The notes beneath the pieces were generated by a model. It was given only the letters and a program-made list of their open reading frames with translations, made no database searches and was not told where the DNA came from. This document shows positions 29,586 to 39,626 of a stretch of 64,000 nucleotides of DNA, in pieces. Location of the stretch: positions 768,001-832,000 of the forward strand of contig CAVRJY010000001.1 of NCBI GenBank assembly GCA_963721805.1, read 5' to 3'. Source of the DNA: Nitrospirota bacterium (GTDB lineage: Bacteria > Nitrospirota > Thermodesulfovibrionia > Thermodesulfovibrionales > JdFR-86). Both the position numbers and the translations under genes were made by a program. Each line of letters begins with the position of its first letter. The stretch's first letter is position 1.

Positions 29586-29886
29586 CCCCTGGTACTCTCC
29601 CTTCTTCGCGGTGTTAGTATCAAGACATTTTTTCCGGTTGTTCGTATAACGTTAAACACATAAGATAACATGGGGCCTGCGGAAAATGGCAGTGAGAAAT
29701 TTTTATGGACCGATAAGCGCTAAAGAACCTTCCGGATTAATAATGATATTTAATAAATCAAAATATCAAGCTGCCTTAACCGTGCGGCAGATAGGGATAT
29801 TTTATTGCATCGCAGCCCCTGAATGCTCATTGCGGGTTTCGGGGTGATGGGGTATAGTATAGGTGACGCATGTAAAGGAGGAAGCC

Positions 29887-30294
29887 ATGGAAACCATAAG
29901 GATCGCCTTGATTTTATTATTTATTTCAGTGGCTCTCGTATCATGCACGAGCGTCGAAATGCTGCCGGACGAGGAGCCGCAGGCGGCTCGTCCGGGGGTA
30001 CCGGGGCCGGCCCCTTTCATTATGATGGCCTTCCCGCACTACGAGACGGTTTTCAGTATGCCGGGCATGCCGCCGGAGCAGCCTGCCGGGCTGGACATGT
30101 CGTGGTTCAGCCGCTGCTCGGGGTACTTCGACATGACAAGCGGCATGAGGAGAGACCTCCTGCTTAAGGAATATGATTACTACGAGGCCGTGCGGAGGGG
30201 CCGGCTCGCCATGGCCCGGCTGGGCATGCTGCAGGCTGACATCGAGACTCTCATGAGGCAGATCGACGTCGCGACGCCGGTCCAGTGCCGGTAG
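29887..30294 (+). CDS. Met-rich lipoprotein with ZraP/Spy-like helical C-terminus
   Basis: RBS AAGGAGG; lipobox LVSC; 11 Met after the lipobox; ends 23 bp before copA. Confidence 0.65.
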   Translation: METIRIALILLFISVALVSCTSVEMLPDEEPQAARPGVPGPAPFIMMAFPHYETVFSMPGMPPEQPAGLDMSWFSRCSGYFDMTSGMRRDLLLKEYDYYEAVRRGRLAMARLGMLQADIETLMRQIDVATPVQCR

Positions 30295-30317
30295 CAGCCC
30301 ATATACCGTAACCGCTG

Positions 30318-32777
30318 ATGGAAAAGGACGGTAAGGAAAGGGCTGAGATCCCAATAACCGGGATGTCCTGCGCCGCGTGCTCGGCCCGCATTCAGGAGTC
30401 GCTCTCGGAGCTGCCCGGCGTCAGCTCCGCCTCGGTGAACCTCGCGGCCGAACGCGCCACGGTAGTCTACGACCCCCGGAAGCAATCCATAGACGACTTC
30501 ATCCGGCTCATCGAGGACATGGGCTACGGCGTCGGCGTCGCGCGCCAGGTGCTCCCCGTAAAGGGCATGACCTGCGCGGCATGCGTGGGCGCGGTGGAGC
30601 GAGCGATAGCCGGGCTTCCGGGAATCCTCAATGCCTCGGTGAACCTCGCGACCGAACGCGCTACGGTTGAGTACCTGCCGACGATGACCGGCCTGGCCGA
30701 GATCAGGCGCGCGATCAGGGACGCGGGCTACGAGGTGCCCGAATACGCCGGGCAGGACGCTGTCGAACGCGAGCGCGAGGAGCGCGAGGCCCGCTACAGG
30801 GCGCTCAGGCTCAAGGTAATCCTCGGCGCGGCCCTCACAGTGCCCATCATGCTCCTGATGTACTGGGACAGGCTGGGGCTTATGTCCATCGCCCATATCC
30901 CGATGCGGCTGGGTTTCATCGCACAGCTCGTGCTCGTTATCCCGGTCCAGTTCTGGATTGGAGGGCAGTTCTACTCGGGCGCGATAGCCGCTGCGCGCCA
31001 CCGCACGACCAATATGAACACGCTGATCGCCGTAGGCACCTCGGCAGCGTTCATATACAGCGTCATCGCCACGTTTTTCCCGGCGGTCTTCACGGTCAAG
31101 GGCTACGCCCCGGACGTCTATTACGACACCTCGGCGATGATCATCGTGCTGATACTGCTTGGCCGCCTCTTTGAGATGCGGGCCAAGGGGCATACGTCCG
31201 AGGCGATCAAGAAGCTGATCGGGCTTCAGCCTAAGACCGCGCGCGTCCTGCGCGGCGGTGCAGCGGCCGACATCCCGGTTGCGGACGTCGAACTCGGGGA
31301 CCTCGTGGTCGTCCGGCCCGGGGAGAAGATCCCGGTTGACGGCACGGTGGTCGACGGCTCCTCTGCGGTGGACGAGTCCATGGTCACCGGCGAGTCGATG
31401 CCTGTCGAGAAGAGGCCCGGAGACCGCGTGATCGGGGCCACGATGAACCGGATTGGAACATTGACGCTTGAGGCCACCGCGGTTGGGCGCGAGACCGTGC
31501 TTGCGCACATCATCTCGATGGTGCAGGAGGCGCAGGGCTCCAAGCCCCCGATAGCGCGGCTCGCTGACAGGATAGCCTCGGTCTTCGTGCCCTCCGTAAT
31601 GGGGATCGCGGCCGTTACGTTCGCCGTGTGGTTTACGCTCGGCCCGGAGCCTAGGCTCACATACGCATTCTTAAACGCGATAGCGGTGCTCATCATCGCC
31701 TGCCCATGCGCGCTCGGTCTGGCGACCCCGACCTCGATTATGGTCGGCACCGGCATGGGTGCGCAGTTCGGCATCCTCATCCGCGGGGGCGAGGCGCTCG
31801 AGACCGCGCACAAGATCAAGACCGTCGTCTTTGACAAGACCGGTACGATCACGAACGGGACGCCGTCGGTGACGGACATCGTGGCAGCGGCCGGCGAGAG
31901 CGAGGCGCATGTAATATACTTCGCCGCATCGGCCGAACGCGGCTCCGAGCACCCGCTTGGCGAGGCGATAGTGAAGAAGGCCTCCGAGATCGGCGTGGCG
32001 CTTTCCCCGGCCTCCGGGTTTAAGGCCATGCCCGGCTACGGGGTCTCGGCCGTGGTCGATGACAGGCCGGTGTTGATCGGAAACGAGACCTTGATGGAGC
32101 GCGAAGGCGTCGCACTAGGCGAGCTGGCGCAGAAGGCCGCGGCGTTCGCCTCAGGGGGCAAGACCCCGATGTTCGTCGCGCTCGGGGGCAGGCCGCTTGG
32201 GATGCTCTGCGTGGCCGATACAATAAAGGACGGCGCTGCCGAGGCGATCTCGGCCCTCAAGAGGCTCGGCGTCGAGGTGGTGATGCTCACCGGAGATAAC
32301 CGCCGCACCGGCGAGGCCATGGCGCGCCAGGCCGGGATCGGACGCGTGCTCGCCGGGGTCCTCCCGGACCAGAAGGCCGAGGAGGTGCGACGGCTTCAGT
32401 CCGGTGGACGGGTGGTCGCGATGGTCGGCGACGGCATAAACGACGCGCCAGCGCTCGCCCAGGCCGACGTCGGGATCGCGATAGGCACAGGGACGGACGT
32501 TGCGATGGAGGCCTCCGACATCACGCTCATCAGGGGCGACATCCGCCTGATCGCGGTCGCAATCGCGCTGTCGCGCGCGACGATCACGAATATCAGGCAG
32601 AACCTGTTTTGGGCCTTCGCGTACAACACCGTCCTGATCCCGATTGCGGCCGGCGTGCTGTTTCCGTTTTTCGGCATACTGCTAAACCCGATACTCGCGG
32701 CCGCGGCGATGGGCATGTCATCGGTCACGGTCGTGAGCAACGCCCTCCGGCTCAAGAGGTTTTCCCCGGACCGCTGA
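30318..32777 (+). CDS. copA: Cu(I)-exporting P1B-type ATPase
   Basis: GMSCAAC and GMTCAAC metal-binding domains, [31 protein letters not shown]. Confidence 0.96.
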   Translation: MEKDGKERAEIPITGMSCAACSARIQESLSELPGVSSASVNLAAERATVVYDPRKQSIDDFIRLIEDMGYGVGVARQVLPVKGMTCAACVGAVERAIAGLPGILNASVNLATERATVEYLPTMTGLAEIRRAIRDAGYEVPEYAGQDAVEREREEREARYRALRLKVILGAALTVPIMLLMYWDRLGLMSIAHIPMRLGFIAQLVLVIPVQFWIGGQFYSGAIAAARHRTTNMNTLIAVGTSAAFIYSVIATFFPAVFTVKGYAPDVYYDTSAMIIVLILLGRLFEMRAKGHTSEAIKKLIGLQPKTARVLRGGAAADIPVADVELGDLVVVRPGEKIPVDGTVVDGSSAVDESMVTGESMPVEKRPGDRVIGATMNRIGTLTLEATAVGRETVLAHIISMVQEAQGSKPPIARLADRIASVFVPSVMGIAAVTFAVWFTLGPEPRLTYAFLNAIAVLIIACPCALGLATPTSIMVGTGMGAQFGILIRGGEALETAHKIKTVVFDKTGTITNGTPSVTDIVAAAGESEAHVIYFAASAERGSEHPLGEAIVKKASEIGVALSPASGFKAMPGYGVSAVVDDRPVLIGNETLMEREGVALGELAQKAAAFASGGKTPMFVALGGRPLGMLCVADTIKDGAAEAISALKRLGVEVVMLTGDNRRTGEAMARQAGIGRVLAGVLPDQKAEEVRRLQSGGRVVAMVGDGINDAPALAQADVGIAIGTGTDVAMEASDITLIRGDIRLIAVAIALSRATITNIRQNLFWAFAYNTVLIPIAAGVLFPFFGILLNPILAAAAMGMSSVTVVSNALRLKRFSPDR

Positions 32778-33061
32778 TAACGGCCGCGAGAGAAGCGGCC
32801 CTCCAACGGCGGTCAATCCCGGCCCTCCTTTCCCGTCCCGAATCAGACCGGCGGAGACCCCCACAATGGCGGCGCAGAGCCCTTATAAGCCTTAGCCTAT
32901 CTATCAATAATATTTTTTTATTTGACCGAGACCATGCGGGTATATTACCTTCATACACCGCCGTCATAGGGGGAGAACTCATAATTCTGTATCTGGGCGG
33001 CGTTTTGAGGGTGGAGTTTCCATCACGATAACTGATTCAAAATAAAGAAGGAGGACGTACA

Positions 33062-33397
33062 ATGGCAAGTTTTGATTTTCAGGGCAGGGCGATTGAGATC
33101 GATGATGACGGATACCTCGTCAACCTCGGCGACTGGGTACCGGAAATGGCACAGTCCCTTGCGGACCAGGACGGCATCAAGCTGACCGAGGCCCACTGGG
33201 AGGTCATCAACTTCCTGAGGGACTACTATGCGAAGTACCAGATTGCGCCGATGATCAAGATCCTCGTGAAGGAACTTGGCAAGGCTATGGGCCCGGAGAA
33301 GGGCAACACGAAGTACCTCTACGAGCTGTATCCCGGCGGTCCGGCCAAGCAGGCCTGCAAGTACGCCGGTCTTCCTAAGCCCACGGGCTGCGTATAA
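33062..33397 (+). CDS. dsrC: Dissimilatory sulfite reductase sulfur carrier DsrC
   Basis: DDDGYL, LTEAHWEVI, C-terminal CX10CV (ACKYAGLPKPTGCV) with both conserved Cys; RBS AAGGAGG. Confidence 0.95.
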   Translation: MASFDFQGRAIEIDDDGYLVNLGDWVPEMAQSLADQDGIKLTEAHWEVINFLRDYYAKYQIAPMIKILVKELGKAMGPEKGNTKYLYELYPGGPAKQACKYAGLPKPTGCV

Positions 33398-33414
33398 CAA
33401 GCCAGCGAATGTCG

Positions 33415-33441
33415 TCGGGGGGCCGCATGGCGGCCCCCCGA
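33415..33441 (+). other. GC-rich hairpin between dsrC and dsrT, no U-tract
   Basis: TCGGGGGGCCGC-ATG-GCGGCCCCCCGA, 12-bp perfect stem. Confidence 0.6.
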
Positions 33442-33515
33442 TTCCTGATATGGCGTCCGAGGGGAGAAGTGCAGGGCGCCATTGCTAAAAACGGGGAGGG
33501 GTCGGGCTACAGGGG

Positions 33516-34007
33516 ATGAGCCTTACAAGCCGAAAGCTGGAGATGAAACGGGAGGTCCTTACCTCCTGGTTCGAGCACGTTCTGGGTACGTATCCGGAGG
33601 CGTCCGCAAAGGCTATCCGCGGAAACCCCGACCGTTTCGCCAACCCCGTCGGAAACACCCTCAAAGAATCCCTCTCAATCCTCTACGACGAACTCAGGGA
33701 GGGCGCGGACCTTCATAAGGCCGGCGCCGCCCTCGACGGCATCATCCGCATCCGCTCGGTCCAGGACTTCACCGCATCAGGCGCGGTCGGCTTCATCACG
33801 GCGCTTAAGGGCATCATGAGGCGCACCCTCGGCGAAGACGTCGGCAGCGCGGCCGAGTGGCGCGCCCTGGACGAGAGGATCGACGCGATGCAGCTCGCCG
33901 CCTTCGACATATACACCGAGTGCAGGAAGTCCATTTACGAGATAAGGGTCGAGGAGGTCAAGCGACAGGTTTACATGCTCCTCAAGAAGGCGGAGGCGGT
34001 CCCGTAG
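33516..34007 (+). CDS. dsrT: DsrT (RsbRD-N domain protein)
   Basis: W....L.TYP, DRFANPVG, LDGIIRIRSVQDF..S.AVGF, AFDIY.ECR; directly upstream of dsrM. Confidence 0.9.
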   Translation: MSLTSRKLEMKREVLTSWFEHVLGTYPEASAKAIRGNPDRFANPVGNTLKESLSILYDELREGADLHKAGAALDGIIRIRSVQDFTASGAVGFITALKGIMRRTLGEDVGSAAEWRALDERIDAMQLAAFDIYTECRKSIYEIRVEEVKRQVYMLLKKAEAVP

Positions 34008-34064
34008 GGCTCGCACCGCTTTTTTTTCGGAAAAACATTCATATAGACAGCGAGGTGCTACGAG

Positions 34065-35091
34065 ATGAGGGTGATAATTCCCTTGGTTGCGGTGGTGGTG
34101 CTGATACTGCTCGGTTACGTGGGCGGGCAAGCACCGGGGCTGCACTTCCTATTCGGCGTGGTGGTGCCGTACATCGCGGCCGCGGTCTTTATAGTGGGCT
34201 TTCATGGCCCGCGTCGTCAGGTGGGCCAAGTCCCCCGTGCCGTTTAGGATCCCCACCACCTGCGGCCAGGAGAAGTCTCTGCCGTGGATCAACTGGAGCA
34301 AGCTGGACAATCCCGACAGCACCAAGGGCGTCATCGGGCGCATGCTGCTGGAGGTCCTGTGTTTCCGGTCGCTGTTTAAGGGCACCTCGTCCAAGGTCAA
34401 AGAGGGGCCCCGGATCACCTACCAGACCAGCCTCACTCTCTGGCTCGCAGGGCTCGCCTTCCACTGGTCCTTCCTCATAATATTCATCCGCCACTTCAGG
34501 CTGTTCACCAACCCCGTGCCGGGCTTCATCGGCATGATCGAGAGCGCGGACGGGTTTTTCCAGATCACGCTGCCGACGTTCTACATGACCGACGCCATAC
34601 TGGTCGCGGCCGCGACTTACCTGTTCATCAGGCGGCTCACCAACCCGCAGGTGAAGTACCTCTCGCTCGCGGCCGACTATTTCCCGCTCTTCCTTATATT
34701 CTCGATAGCCTGCACCGGCATATCGATGCGCTATCTCTTCAAGACCGACATAGCGCACGTAAAGCAGATGATCAACGGCATCATGACCTTCAGCCCGGTC
34801 GTCCCGGAGGGCATCAGCCCGATGTTCTACGTGCACATATTCCTCGTCAGTTCGCTGCTGGTCTACTTCCCGCTGAGCAAGCTGATGCACATGGGCGGAG
34901 TCTTCATGAGCCCCACCAGAAACCTCGCCAACAACAGCCGGCAGGTGCGCCACATCAACCCGTGGAACCCCGAGGTGAAGTTCCACACATATGCGGAATA
35001 CGAGGCCGAGTTCTGGAAGGCCATGAAGTCCGTGGACCTGCCCCTTGACAAGGACTACGAGGGTGAAGAACAGAAACAGGGGGATCACTGA
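34065..35091 (+). CDS. dsrM: DsrM cytochrome b subunit; +1 frameshift at about 34200
   Basis: W..SPVPFRIPTTCGQ, AFHWSF..I.IRH.R, FY.HI, SKLMHMGG; removing one T from GGCTTTCATG joins the two ORFs. Confidence 0.93.
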
Positions 35092-35093
35092 GA

Positions 35094-36747
35094 ATGGCCA
35101 AGAATATAAAGCCAGCCGAGATTATAGACAGCCTCATAAAGAAGCCGAACCTGCTTCAGGGACTGCCGCCGGCGACCGAATGGTTCGATACCCCGGTCGT
35201 ATTCGAGCCCGGCAATTTCTGCCACGCGGGCAAGGCGAAGATAGTCGAGTACCATCACTTCCCGAACCCGAGGGAGTGGAGGGCCACCGACGAGGACTGG
35301 AAGCTCCCCGAGAACTGGAAGGAGATAATCATCGAGGGCATCAGGGAACGCCTCGACAAGTTCCGCTCCTTCAAGCTCTTTATGGACATATGCGTGCGCT
35401 GCGGCGCATGCGCCGACAAGTGCCACTTCTTCATCGGCTCCGGCGACCCCAAGAACATGCCGGTGCTGCGCGCCGAGCTCATGCGCTCGATCTACCGCGG
35501 CGAGTTCACGACCGCCGGCAAGATCCTCGGGCGCATCGCCGGAGGCCGCAAGCTCACCAAGGACGTGATCAAAGAGTGGTTCATGTACTTCTACCAGTGC
35601 ACCGAGTGCCGCCGCTGCTCGGTCTTCTGCCCTTATGGCATTGACACCGCCGAGGTCACGATGATGGCCCGCGAGATCATGCACCTCGATAGGCGTCAAC
35701 ATCAACTGGATCCTTGAGCCCGCGGCCAACTCAAACCGCACCGGCAACCACCTGGGCCTGCAGCCCCACACCATCAAGAGCAACCTCGAGTCCTTAAGCG
35801 ACGACCTCTTCGATGCCACCGGTATCCGCGTGGACGTCCCCTTCAATAAAAAGGGCGCCGAGGTCCTGTTCGTCATTCCTTCGGCCGACGCCTTCGCAGA
35901 CCCCGGCGTCTACACGATGATGGGCTACATGCTGCTGCTCAAGCACATCGGGCTCGACTACACGATGAGCACGTACGCATCCGAGGGCGGCAACTTCGGC
36001 CTCTTCACCAACACTACGCTGATGAAGAAGCTGAACGCCAAGATATACCACGAGTCCAGGCGCCTCGGCGTCAAGTGGATACTGGGCGGCGAGTGCGGCC
36101 ACATGTGGCGCGTCCTGAACCAGTACATGGACACGATGAACGGCCCGGCGGATTTCCTTGAAGTCCCCAAGAGCCCGATCACCGGCACGGTGTTCGAAAA
36201 CGCCAACTCGACCAAGATGATCCACATCTCCGAGTTCACGGCCGACCTGATCAAGCACGGCAAGCTCAAGCTCGATCCCAAGCGCAACGACCACCGCAAG
36301 GTCACGTTCCACGACTCGTGCAATACGTCGCGCGGCATGGGCCTGCTCGAGGAGCCCCGCTACATACTCAATAATGTGGTGAACAACTTCCACGAGATGC
36401 CGGAAAACACGATACGCGAGCAGACATTCTGCTGCGGCTCGGGCACAGGCCTTAACACCGACGAGCTGATGGATGTCAGGATGCGCGGAGGCCTTCCGAG
36501 GGCAAACGCGGTCAAGCACGTCGCTGACACGCACGGCGTGGACATGCTCAGCTGCGTCTGCGCGATCGACCGCGCCACGCTGCTTGCGGCCATGCGCTAC
36601 TGGGTCCCCGGCGTCGAGGTATGCGGCGTCTCCGAACTGGTGGGCAACGCGCTGATCATGGACGGCGAAAAAGCTAGAGACAAGGACCTCAGGGGCGACG
36701 ACCTCGTCGCACCCACGGGGCCGATGGCTGAAGGAGGTGACGCGTAA
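35094..36747 (+). CDS. dsrK: DsrK catalytic Fe-S subunit; +1 frameshift at about 35684
   Basis: CVRCGACADKCH, CTECRRCSVFCP, GNHLG, GECGH, HDSC..FCCG..C.ID. Confidence 0.94.
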
Positions 36748-37124
36748 TGTACGACGCGGGAAAAGTAATCACCGGGCTGGTAATATTCGCGGTGCTCATG
36801 ACCGCGCCTTTCTGGCTCAACACCGGCACCGCCGAGTTCCCCAAGGTGGAACTCCCGACCGTGGAGAAGAAATGCATCGAGTCCAAGGAGTACATGCTGC
36901 AAAACCACATGCAGATGCTCGACGCCTGGAGGCTCGAGGCCGTACGCGAGGGTGAGCGCACCTACACCTCGACTGACGGCAGGAAGTTCGACAAGAGCCT
37001 CACTCGCACCTGCCTGCACTGCCATGACAACAAGAAGAACTTCTGCGACCGCTGCCACGAGTACGCAAACGTCAGGCCCTACTGCTTCGAATGCCATGTA
37101 GACCCGAAGAAGGAGGTCCAATAA
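36747..37124 (+). CDS. dsrJ: DsrJ triheme cytochrome c
   Basis: CLHCH, CDRCH, CFECH, plus C.E..EYM...HM..L..WR. Confidence 0.94.
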   Translation: MYDAGKVITGLVIFAVLMTAPFWLNTGTAEFPKVELPTVEKKCIESKEYMLQNHMQMLDAWRLEAVREGERTYTSTDGRKFDKSLTRTCLHCHDNKKNFCDRCHEYANVRPYCFECHVDPKKEVQ

Positions 37125-37125
37125 T

Positions 37126-37911
37126 ATGGGAATGGACAGAAGGGAATTTCTGAAAATCGGAGGTGTCGCTGCGGCGCTCGGCCTAGGGGCCATCGCCACC
37201 GGCGACGTCCTTTTGGGAAAAGGGCTCGGCGCGGCCGAGACGGCGCCCGAGGTCTCAAACATCGTGCCCAGTTCCGACGTCAAGTGGGGCATGGTCATAA
37301 ACACCAAGAAGTTCACCGAGGAAGACTACAAGCGCTGCATCGAGGCATGCCATACCATCCACAACGTCCCCGACTTCGGCAACCCGAAGGACGAGATCAA
37401 GTGGATATGGACCGCCCCGTTCCAGAACGCCTTCCCCACTCTGGAGAACAAGTTCCAGGGTACGGAGACCGAGGAAAAGCCTGTCGGGGTGCTATGCAAC
37501 CACTGCTCCGAGCCGCCATGCGTCCGGGTCTGCCCGACCAAGGCCACGTTTAAGAGCGCGGACGGCATCACGCAGATGGACATGCACCGCTGCATCGGGT
37601 GCCGCTTCTGCATGGCTGCCTGCCCTTACGGCGCGAGGAGTTTCAACTGGCGCGACCCGAGGCCCTTCATCAAGAAGATCACCCCGGACTTCCCGACCAG
37701 GGAGCGCGGCGTGGTCGAGAAGTGCAACTTCTGCACCGAGCGGCTCGCCAAGGGGAAGATCCCGGCATGCGTCGAGGCCTCTAACGGCGCGATGGTGTTT
37801 GGGAATCTCAAGGACCCCAATTCCGAGATCAGGAAGGTCCTCGCGGAGAATTTCAACATTCAGCGTAAACCCGAGCTGGGCACAATCCCCTCGGTTTACT
37901 ACTTAGTGTGA
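37126..37911 (+). CDS. dsrO: DsrO periplasmic Fe-S protein (Tat)
   Basis: DRREFLK, CNHC..PPCV.VCP, CIGCRFCMAACPY, KCNFC. Confidence 0.94.
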   Translation: MGMDRREFLKIGGVAAALGLGAIATGDVLLGKGLGAAETAPEVSNIVPSSDVKWGMVINTKKFTEEDYKRCIEACHTIHNVPDFGNPKDEIKWIWTAPFQNAFPTLENKFQGTETEEKPVGVLCNHCSEPPCVRVCPTKATFKSADGITQMDMHRCIGCRFCMAACPYGARSFNWRDPRPFIKKITPDFPTRERGVVEKCNFCTERLAKGKIPACVEASNGAMVFGNLKDPNSEIRKVLAENFNIQRKPELGTIPSVYYLV

Positions 37912-37918
37912 GGGTGAT

Positions 37919-39091
37919 ATGCTAGAAAAAGCGTTTACAGGCGGCAAGACTTACAAGATGTGGATGGGCTTCCTCTTCCTCCTTGTGGTGATGGGCTCGC
38001 TGGCCTATCTGCAGCAGTTCAACCACGGTCTCGGGATCACGGGCATGAGCCGGGACGTCTCGTGGGGCGTGTACATCTCTCAGTTCACGTTCCTGGTCGG
38101 CGTTGCGGCATCGGCCGTGATGCTCGTCCTTCCGTACTACCTGCACGACTATAAGACGTTCGGCAAGATAGTCGTCCTCGGGGAGATGCTCGCGGTCTCG
38201 GCCATCGTGATGTGCCTGACCTTCATCATGGCCGATCTCGGCAAGCCGATGAGGGCCCTCAACGTCCTTCTGCACCCCACGCCCAACTCTATCCTATTTT
38301 GGGACATGATAGTGCTCAACGGATACCTCTTCCTTAACCTGCTGTGCGGCTTCGTGGCGATGGAGTCCGAGCGCAACGAGACGGCCCCGCCGAAGTGGAT
38401 AAAGCCGTTCATCTACCTCTCGATACCGTGGGCAGTCAGCATCCACACCGTAACGGCGTTCCTGTATGCCGGCCTACCGGCGCGCCACTACTGGCTCAGC
38501 GCGATCATGGCCCCCCGCTTCCTCGCGTCCGCGTTCGCGGGCGGCCCGGCGCTACTGATCATCCTTGCGCTGATCGTCAGGAAGTTCACCGGGTTCGACG
38601 CCGGCAAGGCCGCGATCCAGAAGCTCGCGGTCATCGTCACCTATTCGGCCCTGCTGAACGCCTTCTTCATCGGGCTGGAGGTATTCACCTCGTTTTACAG
38701 CAACATCCCCGAGCACAAGACCACATTCCAGTACCTCTGGCAGGGCATCGACGGCCATAACGTACTCGTGCCGTTTATGTGGACCTCGGCGATACTCGGC
38801 GTAATATCGATCGCGATGCTCTTGTTCCCGAAGGTCAGGCAGGACGAGTCGAAGCTCGTGTGGGCCTGCGTCATGCTGTTCATCTCGCTCTGGATAGACA
38901 AGGGCATCGGCCTCGTCATCGGCGGCTTCGTCCCGAGCCCGATGGAGCAGGTCACGGAATACCACGCCACCGGGCTCGAGATCATGATCACGGTCGGCAT
39001 CTGGGCCCTGGGGTTCTTTATCCTCAGCGCGCTGTACAAGGTCGCTATAGACATCAAGCTCAGCAAGGGAGGCGTCGAGACCCCACATTAG
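37919..39091 (+). CDS. dsrP: DsrP NrfD/PsrC-family membrane subunit
   Basis: GL.ITGMSRDVSWG.YI, ADLG.P.R, SIPWAVSIHTVTAF, APRFLASAF. Confidence 0.94.
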   Translation: MLEKAFTGGKTYKMWMGFLFLLVVMGSLAYLQQFNHGLGITGMSRDVSWGVYISQFTFLVGVAASAVMLVLPYYLHDYKTFGKIVVLGEMLAVSAIVMCLTFIMADLGKPMRALNVLLHPTPNSILFWDMIVLNGYLFLNLLCGFVAMESERNETAPPKWIKPFIYLSIPWAVSIHTVTAFLYAGLPARHYWLSAIMAPRFLASAFAGGPALLIILALIVRKFTGFDAGKAAIQKLAVIVTYSALLNAFFIGLEVFTSFYSNIPEHKTTFQYLWQGIDGHNVLVPFMWTSAILGVISIAMLLFPKVRQDESKLVWACVMLFISLWIDKGIGLVIGGFVPSPMEQVTEYHATGLEIMITVGIWALGFFILSALYKVAIDIKLSKGGVETPH

Positions 39092-39211
39092 ACCGATCGA
39101 CCCCCTGTCTGGGCAGTTCGGCTGCCGGGACAGGGGGTTGGACTTTTCTGCGGACAGCGGATTAAACTATAACAAGATTATAAAAACCCTTATATCAAGG
39201 AGGTGAGAATC

Positions 39212-39397
39212 ATGTACATGGTAACAGTTGACACCGAGAAGTGCACTGGCTGCGAGGAGTGCGTAAGCGTGTGCCCCAATGAGGTATTCCAGATGACCGA
39301 CGGCAAGTCCGACCCGCACCAGACCGGCGAGTGTGTGTTCTGCGAGAGCTGCATCGGCGTATGCCCCTCGGGTGCGATCACTATCAACGAGATGTAA
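39212..39397 (+). CDS. 2x[4Fe-4S] ferredoxin
   Basis: CTGCEECVSVCP and CVFCESCIGVCP; RBS AAGGAGGT. Confidence 0.92.
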   Translation: MYMVTVDTEKCTGCEECVSVCPNEVFQMTDGKSDPHQTGECVFCESCIGVCPSGAITINEM

Positions 39398-39416
39398 TTC
39401 ACCCAAGGCTAATTAG

Positions 39417-39452
39417 AGAGGGACGCCCCGAGAGGGGTGTCCCTCTTTTTTT
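39417..39452 (+). terminator. Intrinsic terminator after the ferredoxin
   Basis: AGAGGGACGCCCC-GAGA-GGGGTGTCCCTCT followed by a T run. Confidence 0.88.
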
Positions 39453-39626
39453 ATGGTTTGAAGGGGCGTCCTCACGGCCCGGCAATTACGCTGCCGCAGG
39501 GTCGGAGTTCAAATCTGAAAGCACCTCCTCAACTTCAATTTGGCTGGCTATTTTTCCGCTTGTGCATTCGTGGTATATTAAGATGATTTTCCGCATCCAT
39601 ACACCAAAATACGAGGTGCCAGCGAT

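Noticed and set aside
29586..29880. Rex or CsoR operators in the AT-rich acsE/copA divergent spacer
   Set aside because: Only half-site-like matches (GTGAGAAATTTTTAT, GGGGTATA); no complete palindrome.
32950..33060. Possible riboswitch in the dsrC leader
   Set aside because: Only weak pairing (CCGCC/GGCGG); no recognisable purine, SAM, cobalamin or other aptamer consensus.
34065..36747. dsrM and dsrK as pseudogenes or programmed frameshifts
   Set aside because: Each has one extra base with all motifs intact and no slippery site; this matches the window-wide +1 error pattern.
37270..37352. DsrO missing cysteines of its first Fe-S motif
   Set aside because: An incomplete first cluster motif is known in DsrO proteins of sulfate reducers, so it is not treated as novel.
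39463..39527. tRNA-like fragment (CGGCA-ATTACGC-TGCCG arm and GTTCAAAT)
   Set aside because: The D-arm region is only about 10 nt, the T-stem does not pair in register, the acceptor stem is mismatched and there is no CCA; probably chance.
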